Origin: Sphingomonas bacterium
GTDB taxonomy: Bacteria > Pseudomonadota > Alphaproteobacteria > Sphingomonadales > Sphingomonadaceae
Assembly (NCBI GenBank): GCA_028292925.1
Contig: JAQGLK010000001.1
Span: 4,557 to 68,556 of the forward strand
Direction: 5' to 3'
Length of the DNA: 64,000 bases
Shown here one piece after another: positions 8,142-16,633 of this stretch (the stretch's first letter is position 1; every line of letters starts with the position of its first letter). The position numbers were made by a program, and so were the translations under genes. The notes below the pieces were generated by a model that saw only the letters and a list, made by a program, of their open reading frames with translations, ran no database searches and had not been told where the DNA came from.

Positions 8142-9311
8142 ATGCAGCAGGGCGATGCCGGCCGGGTGTGTATCGACGGCCGAATGCTCGGGCCCGGCGG
8201 CACCGGCGTATCGACCTATGCGCGCGGGCTCCGCGCGGCGCTGCCGCTTGCCGGATACGAACCGCTGGTGCTCGCCGAAACCGCCGGGTGGCTGGAGCGG
8301 AAAGGCTGGCCGGGGCTGGCACGCGCCCGTCGGTGGATCGATGCCGCACGGCCGGGCGCGCGACGCGCGGAACGGGTTGGCGGCAATCCCGCGATCTCGG
8401 CACCCGAAATCTTTCGCATCGCGCAACTCTTCTTCGATGTGCATCGCCGGCTGCTGCCGATACGAACCTCGCAGCCGCCGGGGATCATGCACTGGACCTA
8501 TCCGGTTCCGCTTCGCGTCGAGGGCTGGATCAACGTCTATACGGTGCACGATGCCATCCCGCTCACCGCGCCGGGGCTGAGCCCGATCGATCCCCGCCGC
8601 CACGCCCGCCTGCTCGATCGCATCGCCGCCAGCGCCGGGGCGATCGTCACCGTCTCGGCAGCGGCCAAGGCGGAGATCATCGCCGCGACGGGATGGAGCG
8701 ACGGCTTCGTCACCGATTGTTCGCAGGCGGTGCTGCCGCTCACCCCGGCGCCGACGCTGCCGGCAGGGGTGGAACGTGGCCGTTACTTCCTGTTCTGCGG
8801 ATCGATCGAGCCGCGCAAGAACGTGGAGGCGCTCGTTTCCGCATACCGGGCGAGCGGCGCCGGCATTCCGCTGCTGCTGGCGGGGCCCGATGGCTGGCGG
8901 GCGGATCGGATCGCCCGGCAGATCGGCTATGGGCCAGACGTGCGGCGGCTGGACTATCTGGACCAGGATGCGCTTGCCGGGCTGATCGCGGGGGCGCGGG
9001 CCTTGTTGTTCCCGTCGCTCGCCGAGGGGTTCGGCCTGCCCGTGGCCGAGGCGATGGCGCTCGGCACCCCGGTGATGACGAGCGGAACGGGCGCGCTGGC
9101 GGAAACGGCGGGCGGTGCCGCGCTGCTGGTCGATCCCGCGGATACCGATGGGATGGCGCGGGCGATCGCCCGACTGGCCGGGGACGATGCGCTGTGCCGG
9201 GACCTGCGGGCGAGGGGATTGGCGCGTGCGGGCGCCTTCACCGTCGATCGCTTCGCCGCGCGGCTGGCGCCGTTCTACGCCGGGCTCAGGGCAAAAGGCG
9301 GCGCCCGGTAA
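8142..9311 (+). CDS. Glycosyltransferase family 4 (GT-B, GT1-type domain)
   Basis: C-terminal signature EPRKNVEALV...LLFPSLAEGFGLPVAEAMALGTPVMTS. ATG 8142 is preceded by GGAGG at 8129-8133. The 5' 309 nt of the track ORF (7833-) are Arg/Pro-rich and probably non-coding. Confidence 0.85.
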   Translation: MQQGDAGRVCIDGRMLGPGGTGVSTYARGLRAALPLAGYEPLVLAETAGWLERKGWPGLARARRWIDAARPGARRAERVGGNPAISAPEIFRIAQLFFDVHRRLLPIRTSQPPGIMHWTYPVPLRVEGWINVYTVHDAIPLTAPGLSPIDPRRHARLLDRIAASAGAIVTVSAAAKAEIIAATGWSDGFVTDCSQAVLPLTPAPTLPAGVERGRYFLFCGSIEPRKNVEALVSAYRASGAGIPLLLAGPDGWRADRIARQIGYGPDVRRLDYLDQDALAGLIAGARALLFPSLAEGFGLPVAEAMALGTPVMTSGTGALAETAGGAALLVDPADTDGMARAIARLAGDDALCRDLRARGLARAGAFTVDRFAARLAPFYAGLRAKGGAR

Positions 9312-9325
9312 TCGCCGCTGCGTCG

Positions 9326-10168
9326 TCAGCCGGCCAGGCGGGCGTTGGTGACGTGGGCATCGAGCGCGGCAAGCTCGCGGACCAGCGGCGCCAGCTGATC
9401 GAGCGGCCAGGCATTGGGCCCGTCGGAAAGCGCCTGCGCCGGATCGGGATGGGTCTCCATGAACAGCCCGGCGATGCCCACCGCGACGGCGGCGCGTGAG
9501 AGCACCGGCACGAATTCGCGCTGCCCGCCCGAGCTTCCGCCCAGGCCGCCGGGCAGCTGCACCGAATGCGTGGCATCGAAGATCACCGGGCAGCCGGTAT
9601 CGCGCATGATCACCAGCCCGCGCATGTCGGACACCAGATTGTTGTACCCGAACGACGATCCGCGCTCGGCCACCATCAGCCCCGGTTCGGCGATGCCCGC
9701 GGCGGTTGCCGCGGCGCGGGCCTTGGCGATGACATGCGTCATGTCGTGCGGCGCCATGAACTGGGCCTTCTTGATGTTCGATGGCTTGCCGGATGCGGCC
9801 ACCGCCTCGATCAGATCGGTCTGCCTGGCGAGGAAGGCCGGCGTCTGGAGAACGTCGACCACCTCGGCGCAGGGGCCGACCTGCGACGGTTCGTGGACAT
9901 CGGTGAGGATCGGCAGCCCGGTCGCATCGCGGACCTTGGCGAGGATGCGAAGTCCCTCGTCCATCCCCGGCCCGCGGAACGAGCTTGCCGAGCTACGGTT
10001 CGCCTTGTCGAACGAGCTCTTGAAGATGACCAGCATGCCGGTCTCGTCCGCCAGCGCCCGCAGCCGCTCCGCCACCGCCAGGACGAGCGCCTCGGATTCG
10101 ATGACGCATGGCCCGGCGATCAGGAAAAGCGGACGATCCAGGCCGACATCACGGCCGCACAGCTGCAT
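9326..10168 (-). CDS. kdsA: 3-deoxy-8-phosphooctulonate (KDO8P) synthase
   Basis: [65 protein letters not shown] and ETHPDP are KdsA hallmarks. ATG 10168 lies 12 nt after the kpsE stop. The longer track start (10273) would overlap kpsE. Confidence 0.9.
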   Translation of the reverse strand: MQLCGRDVGLDRPLFLIAGPCVIESEALVLAVAERLRALADETGMLVIFKSSFDKANRSSASSFRGPGMDEGLRILAKVRDATGLPILTDVHEPSQVGPCAEVVDVLQTPAFLARQTDLIEAVAASGKPSNIKKAQFMAPHDMTHVIAKARAAATAAGIAEPGLMVAERGSSFGYNNLVSDMRGLVIMRDTGCPVIFDATHSVQLPGGLGGSSGGQREFVPVLSRAAVAVGIAGLFMETHPDPAQALSDGPNAWPLDQLAPLVRELAALDAHVTNARLAG

Positions 10169-10179
10169 TCCAATGCCCC

Positions 10180-11352
10180 TCAGGCCGCATGTTCGCGAAC
10201 GCCGGCAACGATCAGCCAACCAACCGCATAGGTGAGCAGCAGCCCGAAGAACACGGTGGCGAGAATCCGCCACCTTTCCGGGAAGAGCGACTTTTCGGGA
10301 ATGTTCGGGGCAACGACGCGGACGAGATAGAGCTGCTGCTTCTGCACCTGATCGCGCGCCTTTTCGAACGCGGCGGCCGCCGTCTCGTAGCGCTTCGCCG
10401 CGAACTGCTGCCGCAGCCGCAGTTCCTCGTAGGCGCCAAGGGACGAGGCGATGTTCTGGCGGTTGCCGCCGCCGGCAAGCCGGCCGGATTGGGCGGAGAC
10501 CTGCCCCTGCAGCGCGTTCACCCGGCGGGAGAGCGCGATATATTGCGGGCTGCTCGTGCTCACCAGGCCGCTCATGGCGCTCAACTGCGCGCGCGCGGCG
10601 GCAAGCTGGGTCTCGAGGGCCGTGACCAGACCGATCTGCGCTTCGCCCGACCCCTGCGGATCGATGTCGCCGCGGGTCTGGCGGAATCCGGTGAGGCGGC
10701 CCTGAATCTGCGCGAGCTGATCCTCGGATTCGCGCAGCAGCCTTCGCGACAGCGCCAGCGCATCCGCCTGGCCGCGCGTGTTGAGCATGTTCACCCGCTG
10801 CTCGCCCATCTGCAGCATCGTGCGGATGATGTCGTAGCTGTCATGCGGCCGGAAGGTGCGGACCTTCACGGTCGTGATCCCGGTTTCGGAATTGTACCGC
10901 ACCGAAACCTGCTTGCGATAATGCTTGAGCAGGGTCTCCGCGGTGGGATCGGCCTTTACCCGGCTCAGCACGTCCGCCTCCGGCCGGCGGAAGCGTTCCA
11001 CCAGCCCGACCCGGCGGTTGAGCGTGTCCACCGCATCGTGCGAGGTCAGATAGTCGGCAACGCTCATCGCGTCGGTCTGCGCGGCCGTGGTGCCACCGGC
11101 CAGGCTCAGCACCTGGCCGAGGCCGGTGCCGACGGTCGGGGTCGACTCGGCGGTGCGGACCATCAGGTGCGCCTCCGACTCATACTGGTCGGCCGCGATC
11201 AGGAAGTAATAGCCGGCCACGAGCAGCGTCGGCAGCACCACCACCAGCAGGAACATGCGCCTACGCCGCAGCCATGCCATGACCCCCTGCAACGGCGTCG
11301 GCCGCTGGTGGCGGGAATCCGCCACGGGGGTGATGATGCCGTGCATGTTCAT
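10180..11352 (-). CDS. kpsE: Capsule polysaccharide export inner-membrane protein (PCP-3 family, KpsE/CtrB-like)
   Basis: N-terminal TM segment followed by [16 protein letters not shown], a long coiled-coil periplasmic region, and a C-terminal TM segment ([21 protein letters not shown]). This is KpsE architecture, and the gene sits next to kpsM. Confidence 0.85.
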   Translation of the reverse strand: MNMHGIITPVADSRHQRPTPLQGVMAWLRRRRMFLLVVVLPTLLVAGYYFLIAADQYESEAHLMVRTAESTPTVGTGLGQVLSLAGGTTAAQTDAMSVADYLTSHDAVDTLNRRVGLVERFRRPEADVLSRVKADPTAETLLKHYRKQVSVRYNSETGITTVKVRTFRPHDSYDIIRTMLQMGEQRVNMLNTRGQADALALSRRLLRESEDQLAQIQGRLTGFRQTRGDIDPQGSGEAQIGLVTALETQLAAARAQLSAMSGLVSTSSPQYIALSRRVNALQGQVSAQSGRLAGGGNRQNIASSLGAYEELRLRQQFAAKRYETAAAAFEKARDQVQKQQLYLVRVVAPNIPEKSLFPERWRILATVFFGLLLTYAVGWLIVAGVREHAA

Positions 11353-11412
11353 CGTGTCGTCGCCTCTACTCGGTATCGCGCGGGGTGCCGCAGCGCATAC
11401 GTACCCGAAAAA

Positions 11413-12225
11413 TCAGTGCAAGTGGACCTTGCCGCGGACAATCTTCATCGCCACGAGCCCGATGTAGGAAAGCACGAGGCAGCAGCCGATCAGATACGGA
11501 ACGTGGAAATACGTATCCTTCGCGCTCTGGAAATAACCGTAGCGGCACATCTCGAAAATCTGCGGCAGCGGAAACCATTCCAGATACTGCCGGTACGTTT
11601 CCGGGATCCACTCGACCCGGTAGAACGCGCCGGACAGCGGCATCATGATGTACGAGACCGGATGGACCATGCGGCCGAGCGTGCGATTGTCGTGCGTGAT
11701 GCTGACGATGATCATCGACAGGTTGAACGAAAACCAGAACATGATGAACACGCCGAACATCAGCCACAACGGCCGCGGCGGCCAATCGGCAAGGCCGATC
11801 GAGATGAGCAACGCCGTCAGCACCACCAGGCTCAGCGACGTTCCGACGAGTTCGAGCAGGGCGCGCGAGATCATGATGTCGAAGACGGTGACCATCTTGT
11901 GGTACAGGAGCGGAGCGTTGGCCTCGAGGGCCCCTTCGGCGCGGTTGAACAGGCCGCGGAACATGATGAAGATGCAATAGCCCATCACCGCGAACGGCAC
12001 CGGCGCCATGTCGTTGGCATAGTGGGTCGGCTGCCCGGCATGGATCAGCGCGATCATGCTGGCCAGTGTCAGCGGTTCGCCGATCACCCACAGATAGCCG
12101 ACATTCTCGCGGCCATAGCGGGTGTGCAGTTCGCGCATCAGCAGCGCGCCGATCACGTTGCACTGGAGAGCGAGGCTCTGGAAAAAGGTGGGCCGCGCGC
12201 GGGGCGCGGGGGACATCGTGGCCAT
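11413..12225 (-). CDS. kpsM: Capsule polysaccharide ABC transporter permease (ABC-2 type, KpsM/CtrC-like)
   Basis: MRELHTRYGRENVGYLWVIGEPL plus about six hydrophobic helices. ATG 12225 shares one nt with the upstream stop (TGATG). The track fuses it into a 598-aa ORF whose first 328 aa are an Arg/Pro-rich out-of-frame read-through of the upstream same-strand GT4 gene. GC is visibly lower: 47-55% in three 60-nt samples. Confidence 0.85.
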   Translation of the reverse strand: MATMSPAPRARPTFFQSLALQCNVIGALLMRELHTRYGRENVGYLWVIGEPLTLASMIALIHAGQPTHYANDMAPVPFAVMGYCIFIMFRGLFNRAEGALEANAPLLYHKMVTVFDIMISRALLELVGTSLSLVVLTALLISIGLADWPPRPLWLMFGVFIMFWFSFNLSMIIVSITHDNRTLGRMVHPVSYIMMPLSGAFYRVEWIPETYRQYLEWFPLPQIFEMCRYGYFQSAKDTYFHVPYLIGCCLVLSYIGLVAMKIVRGKVHLH

Positions 12226-13505
12226 CAGGCGGCAACCTCTTCGATCAGATCCAGCAGGCCATCGACATGCGCCTCCCACGTCGGCGGCTTCCACCCCGTC
12301 ATCCGTTCGATCTGGCGGACGCGGCGGGGGGACGGGCTGACGGCATAGTCGCTTACCGCCCGGATCCAGGCGTGACCATCCAGCGGATCGAGGAATTCGG
12401 GCACGTCGCCTCCGGCCTCGCGCAAAGCGGGCAGATCGCTGCAGATGACCGGCACACCGGCGCCGAGCGCCTCTGTGACGGGCATGCCGAACCCTTCCGC
12501 AAAGGACGGCATCAGCAGCGCGCGCGATCCGCGCAGCAACCCGGCGACGGAGCGATCGCGCAGATCGGAATGCTCCTCCACCCGGCCGCGCAGCGCGGGG
12601 CAGCGTTCCAGCATGTCGATGACGTTCTCGTTCTCCCAGCCGCGCCGGCCGATCAGGACGAGCCGCGGGGTGCGATCGGCGCCGCGCACCTCCACCATTC
12701 GCCGCCAGATGTTGAGCAGCAGCAGGTGGTTCTTGCGCGGTTCGATCGTGCCGATGCAGACGAAATAGGGGTCGCTGCCGGCGATGCAGTCCGGCCCGGC
12801 GGGCATGTCGTGCGTGCCGAGGTGGATGACGCGAACCAGCGGCATCGGCCCGCCCCCGCGTGCATTTTCCTCGAACGAAAGGCGTGTCGCATCCGAATTG
12901 GCGACGATCGCGGTGCACATCTCCGCCATGGTGTCGATCCGGGCGCGGTGCAGCGCTGCGCCGCTCGCGCGGCCATATTCGGGATATTCGATGGGGATCA
13001 GATCGTGCAGCAGGCAGATCATCTTCGCCTGCTCGCGCTTCAGGATCGCCGCGACCCGCGCGCGCTTGTGCAGATGATGCGGCGATGCCTGGAGGTAGAT
13101 GCGGGGCCCCTGCGGCCGGGGCGGGGGCAGGATGTGCGGCTGCAGGGCCATGCTGGAAAACAGGGCCTCGGCGCGGTGACGCCAGCGGCCGTGGACGGCA
13201 TCGTCCCACCGCGCCTCCGTCCGATCGAGGAAGCGAAGCACCGCCGCATGATCCAGCCGGCCATAGATGCCCGAGGGATGGACGGCGGAAAAGCGCAGGC
13301 GGTGCGGGATCGCGCGGATCAGGTGCCGCGCATAGGCAAGCTCGACCCGGTCGACCCCGGTCGGCGTCGGGTGCAGCATGCGCGAGAGGAGCCGCGACAG
13401 ATCAAGCACGACCTCCGCCTCGCGCACCCCGGCGCGGGCGCTGGGCGCCTGCCCGGTGCGGGGCGGCACATCGAGCGTACCGCTCAGCCGGGCGACCGCG
13501 CTCAC
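12225..13505 (-). CDS. Glycosyltransferase family 4 (GT-B)
   Basis: FVCIGTIEPRKNHLLLL...ALLMPSFAEGFGMPVTEALGAGVPVICSD is the GT4 signature. The GTG start overlaps the kpsS stop (GTGA at 13502-13505). Confidence 0.8.
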   Translation of the reverse strand: MSAVARLSGTLDVPPRTGQAPSARAGVREAEVVLDLSRLLSRMLHPTPTGVDRVELAYARHLIRAIPHRLRFSAVHPSGIYGRLDHAAVLRFLDRTEARWDDAVHGRWRHRAEALFSSMALQPHILPPPRPQGPRIYLQASPHHLHKRARVAAILKREQAKMICLLHDLIPIEYPEYGRASGAALHRARIDTMAEMCTAIVANSDATRLSFEENARGGGPMPLVRVIHLGTHDMPAGPDCIAGSDPYFVCIGTIEPRKNHLLLLNIWRRMVEVRGADRTPRLVLIGRRGWENENVIDMLERCPALRGRVEEHSDLRDRSVAGLLRGSRALLMPSFAEGFGMPVTEALGAGVPVICSDLPALREAGGDVPEFLDPLDGHAWIRAVSDYAVSPSPRRVRQIERMTGWKPPTWEAHVDGLLDLIEEVAA

Positions 13506-14740
13506 AATGTCTCCGGTGCGAGCAGGCCGACCCGATCGCCGCTCAGCCGGTCCGCGGCGGCACTGACCAGCAGTTCCAGCCCCTCGTCGCTCAGGAAACC
13601 GCCGCGGATCAGGCAGCGGTTCAGGAGGACGCGGCAGAAGGCATCGTACAGTTCGGGCCGGGGTGGGCGCGGCGACTTCCAGAAGGTGTCGAGCGGGCCC
13701 TGATGGGTGATCCCGGCAATGTGGTACACGGCCTGGCCGAGCACCGCGACCGGAACCCCGGCGCTGAGCGCGAGCGTGCCCGTCGTGCTGTTGATGGTGA
13801 CCACGCCGCGCGCGTCGGCGACGATCTTGGCGATATCGCCTTCCTCCAGCAGCAGCACCCGATCGGCGACGCCGTGCGCCTCCGCCGCGGCGGACACCAG
13901 CCGACGCCAGTTGATCAGCCCGTTATCGAGCGGATGTTCCTTCACCAGCAGCTTCACCTCCGCCGGCGCGGCGCGGGCGAAGCTTTCGATCACATATTCC
14001 ACCGCCACCTTCATGCTGCCGAACGGCGAGTGGGTGCGGATCTGGTGATCGGAATTGAGCTGGAGCGGGAAAGCGAAATAAGGCGACGATGCCAGCGCCG
14101 CGAACACGGCGGCCGTGCGCCGCCGGGCTTTTGCGCGGGCCGCCAGCCGCCAGAACCAGCCATAGCTTTCCAGCAGCGCGAACTGGGGACGGTGCGACCG
14201 ATAGTGCGGGAACCGCCAGAATTGCAGCAGGGTCTGCGCGTAATAGGCAAAGGCCTCCTTCGCCCGCCGTTCGAAGCTGGAGGCGACGGGCGGATAGGTG
14301 GGCAGCGGCGGCAGCCCGCGCGCTTCGGCCAGATACCAGTTCGGGTCGCGCGACAGCGTGGAATTGCCGTTCACGCCATCCAGCTCCAGCGTCATCCAGT
14401 CCGGCCGGATATAGCCTTCCTCCATGACGTGGATGCGCAGCTTGCGCAGCGTTGCCATGCCGTGCGCGGCCCGGTGCAGCGGCCGGCAATCGCCGAACAG
14501 GACGAGATCGGTGATGCGTTCGTCGGCGACATAGGAATCGAAGAAGCGCGGCCAATCGGCATCGGTGCCGCGATAATCGATGGCGGGGCCGGGCCACGAT
14601 GCGCGATCGCCGCCGTTGAAGTTGATGCGATGGACGCTGTGGCCGTCCGCTTCCAGCCGCTGCGCCAGCATCCAGAAGAAGGGGCCGGGCGGCCCCTGCA
14701 GGAACAGGAACGTTCGGCGGATCGATGGTTGATGCTTCAC
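13502..14740 (-). CDS. kpsS: Capsule biosynthesis protein KpsS (beta-Kdo transferase initiating the poly-Kdo linker)
   Basis: RRTFLFLQGPPGPFFWMLAQRLEADGHSVHRINFNGGD and HVMEEGYIRPDWMTLELDGVNGNS are typical of KpsS/LipB (Capsule_synth family). GTG 14740 overlaps the kpsC stop (GTGA). The longer track start (14866) lies inside kpsC. Confidence 0.85.
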   Translation of the reverse strand: MKHQPSIRRTFLFLQGPPGPFFWMLAQRLEADGHSVHRINFNGGDRASWPGPAIDYRGTDADWPRFFDSYVADERITDLVLFGDCRPLHRAAHGMATLRKLRIHVMEEGYIRPDWMTLELDGVNGNSTLSRDPNWYLAEARGLPPLPTYPPVASSFERRAKEAFAYYAQTLLQFWRFPHYRSHRPQFALLESYGWFWRLAARAKARRRTAAVFAALASSPYFAFPLQLNSDHQIRTHSPFGSMKVAVEYVIESFARAAPAEVKLLVKEHPLDNGLINWRRLVSAAAEAHGVADRVLLLEEGDIAKIVADARGVVTINSTTGTLALSAGVPVAVLGQAVYHIAGITHQGPLDTFWKSPRPPRPELYDAFCRVLLNRCLIRGGFLSDEGLELLVSAAADRLSGDRVGLLAPETL

Positions 14741-16488
14741 GCCGCGCTCCTGGCCCGACGGCCCGACCGACGCAACCGCCCTTGCATATCGCGAACGCGG
14801 GTGAGCCAGGTCGATCGTGGGCGGGTCTGTTCGGATAAGCGGGCCATCAGCACCTCGGGCGGGCACGGCAAACGTGTCACGGGGTCAAGATACCGCGGAT
14901 ATAGGATTAAAGCGCCCGCAACCAGTTCGGTCAGGCGCAGCTGGCGGGTGCGCCGCGGCAGCGGCCCGGCCAGATCGCGGGTCAGCCCCCAGCCCGCATA
15001 GAAGGGGTGCCCATGCGTGACGACCTCGCGCCCGCGCAGCAGCGCCTCGAACCCGGCGAGCGAGGTGAGCACGTGGACGCAATCGACCGCATCGAGCAGC
15101 GCGGGCATCGCAACGTCGCGCAACACCCGATCCGCATAGGCCAGCGCATCGGCCTCGGCGACGTGGCCCGGCCGCAGCCCTGCCTCCACATCGGGATGCG
15201 GCTTGAAGACGATGAAGGCATCCGGTTCCGCGGCGCGCACCCGGCGCAGCAGATCGAGGTTGCCGGCAACGTCGCCGCCCGCCAGCCGCACCGACAGGTC
15301 GTCCTCCACCTGCCCGGTCACCAGCACCCGCCGCACCCCCGTCGGCAGATCGGCGGCGGCCCCGCGCCCCGCGGCATATTTGGAGATACCCGCGCGCACG
15401 ATGAATGCCGCCAGCGCGGCGGCCCTCTCCGTCAGACCGGGTGAAAAATCCGTGGTGGCCAGGATCGTCTCAAGATCGCTCGGCCCCGTCGGGTCGTAAT
15501 AGATTCCGGTGCGATCGAGCACCACCGACAGCGGCGGGTGGCAGGCGGCGCCCAGCCCGACCGAGCGGACGAAGCCGTCCTCGATCCGGTAGAGTGGAAT
15601 GCCGGCCGCCGCCGCCGCCTCGGTCAGCCCGGGCGGCGCCCGGCTCGGCCAGACGGCGATGCCGCCGCCCTCCGCAACCGCCGCCTGCACCGCCCCGGCC
15701 GCGGTCTGGGCAAAGCGCAGCCGCATATTGCCACCGGGATGGAGCATCCCCTCGACCTCGCGCCGCTTCCACACTGCGATGCCGGCACCGCTGGCGACGC
15801 CGCGATTGGCCTCCAGCGCGCCGCGCCAGAAGATCAGCCGCTCGATCGCGGTTTCCGCCGAGGCATCCGTGCCGGTGAACGGATCGCGGTACTGCGCCTG
15901 ATCCAGCAGCACCGTTGCCGCGAGCGATTCGACGGTCATCGCCGTCTTTTGGAATATTGCGGGATCGTCGGTCGTGAGCCCCAGGCCGGCGAACCGCCCG
16001 TCTCCGTGGCAGCGCACCGCCGCGCCGGAGATCAGCCCCAGAAATGCCAGTTCGTCGTCGCCATCGACGTGCAGCACCGCCGCTGTGGTGAGCAGCGACC
16101 ATGGATCGATCTCGCCTTCCACCACGGCAATGCCCTGCTGGGTCAGCCGCCGCCGGACGGGAGCCACCCAGCTGGCGGCGGGGAGCGAGGCGAGGACTTG
16201 CTCGGCGGGGCAGGTGGCGAGTGCGGCGCGGGCCATTCGCTCCGCCTGACCGGCGTCGGCCGGGCGGAGTATCGCCTGCACATCGCCGAGGTGCGTCGGC
16301 GTGGCCCAGAACGTGCCGCCGATCCGGCCGCGCACCACCGCTGCGATCAGCGTGCGGATCCGCGCCGGATCCACCGCCACGCAGGGGGCCGCACCCGCAA
16401 CCGTCGGCCGCGGGCGGCTCACCGCCGCCTGATCCCTGTGGACGCCGGGGAAGTCCGGCGATCTGAGCACGGGCAATCGCAACCCCAT
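14737..16488 (-). CDS. kpsC: Capsule biosynthesis protein KpsC-like (beta-Kdo transferase), with only one recognisable catalytic module
   Basis: The C-terminal module is LYRIEDGFVRSVGLGAACHPPLSVVLDRTGIYYDPTGPSDLE, VTGQVEDDLSV, IVFKPHPDVEAG, VLTSLAGFEALLRGREVVTHGHPFYAGWGLT. The N-terminal ~260 aa keep only the tail of a module (VLHVDGDDELAFLGLISGAAVRCHGDGRFAGLGLTTDD). Confidence 0.8.
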   Translation of the reverse strand: MGLRLPVLRSPDFPGVHRDQAAVSRPRPTVAGAAPCVAVDPARIRTLIAAVVRGRIGGTFWATPTHLGDVQAILRPADAGQAERMARAALATCPAEQVLASLPAASWVAPVRRRLTQQGIAVVEGEIDPWSLLTTAAVLHVDGDDELAFLGLISGAAVRCHGDGRFAGLGLTTDDPAIFQKTAMTVESLAATVLLDQAQYRDPFTGTDASAETAIERLIFWRGALEANRGVASGAGIAVWKRREVEGMLHPGGNMRLRFAQTAAGAVQAAVAEGGGIAVWPSRAPPGLTEAAAAAGIPLYRIEDGFVRSVGLGAACHPPLSVVLDRTGIYYDPTGPSDLETILATTDFSPGLTERAAALAAFIVRAGISKYAAGRGAAADLPTGVRRVLVTGQVEDDLSVRLAGGDVAGNLDLLRRVRAAEPDAFIVFKPHPDVEAGLRPGHVAEADALAYADRVLRDVAMPALLDAVDCVHVLTSLAGFEALLRGREVVTHGHPFYAGWGLTRDLAGPLPRRTRQLRLTELVAGALILYPRYLDPVTRLPCPPEVLMARLSEQTRPRSTWLTRVRDMQGRLRRSGRRARSAA

Positions 16489-16633
16489 CGGGTGACAACC
16501 CCTTAAACGCGAACATCTTTGCTGGCGGCACTACCGGTAACGCACGCCGTTGGCCAGTTCACCGCTGTGCGCCAATTCGGGCGAGATCATGACAGCGATC
16601 GACCTGGGGCACTTGCCGCCCTGCCGTCGCGGC

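Noticed and set aside
10108-15001. Long plus-strand ORFs 10108-12348 (746 aa), 12066-13703 (545 aa) and 12860-15001 (713 aa) across kpsE/kpsM/GT4/kpsS.
   Set aside because: They lie antisense to genes with clear Kps and GT4 motifs. They are low-complexity Arg/Gly/His-rich translations. I scanned them for a hidden kpsT (Walker A GxxGxGK[ST]) and found none.
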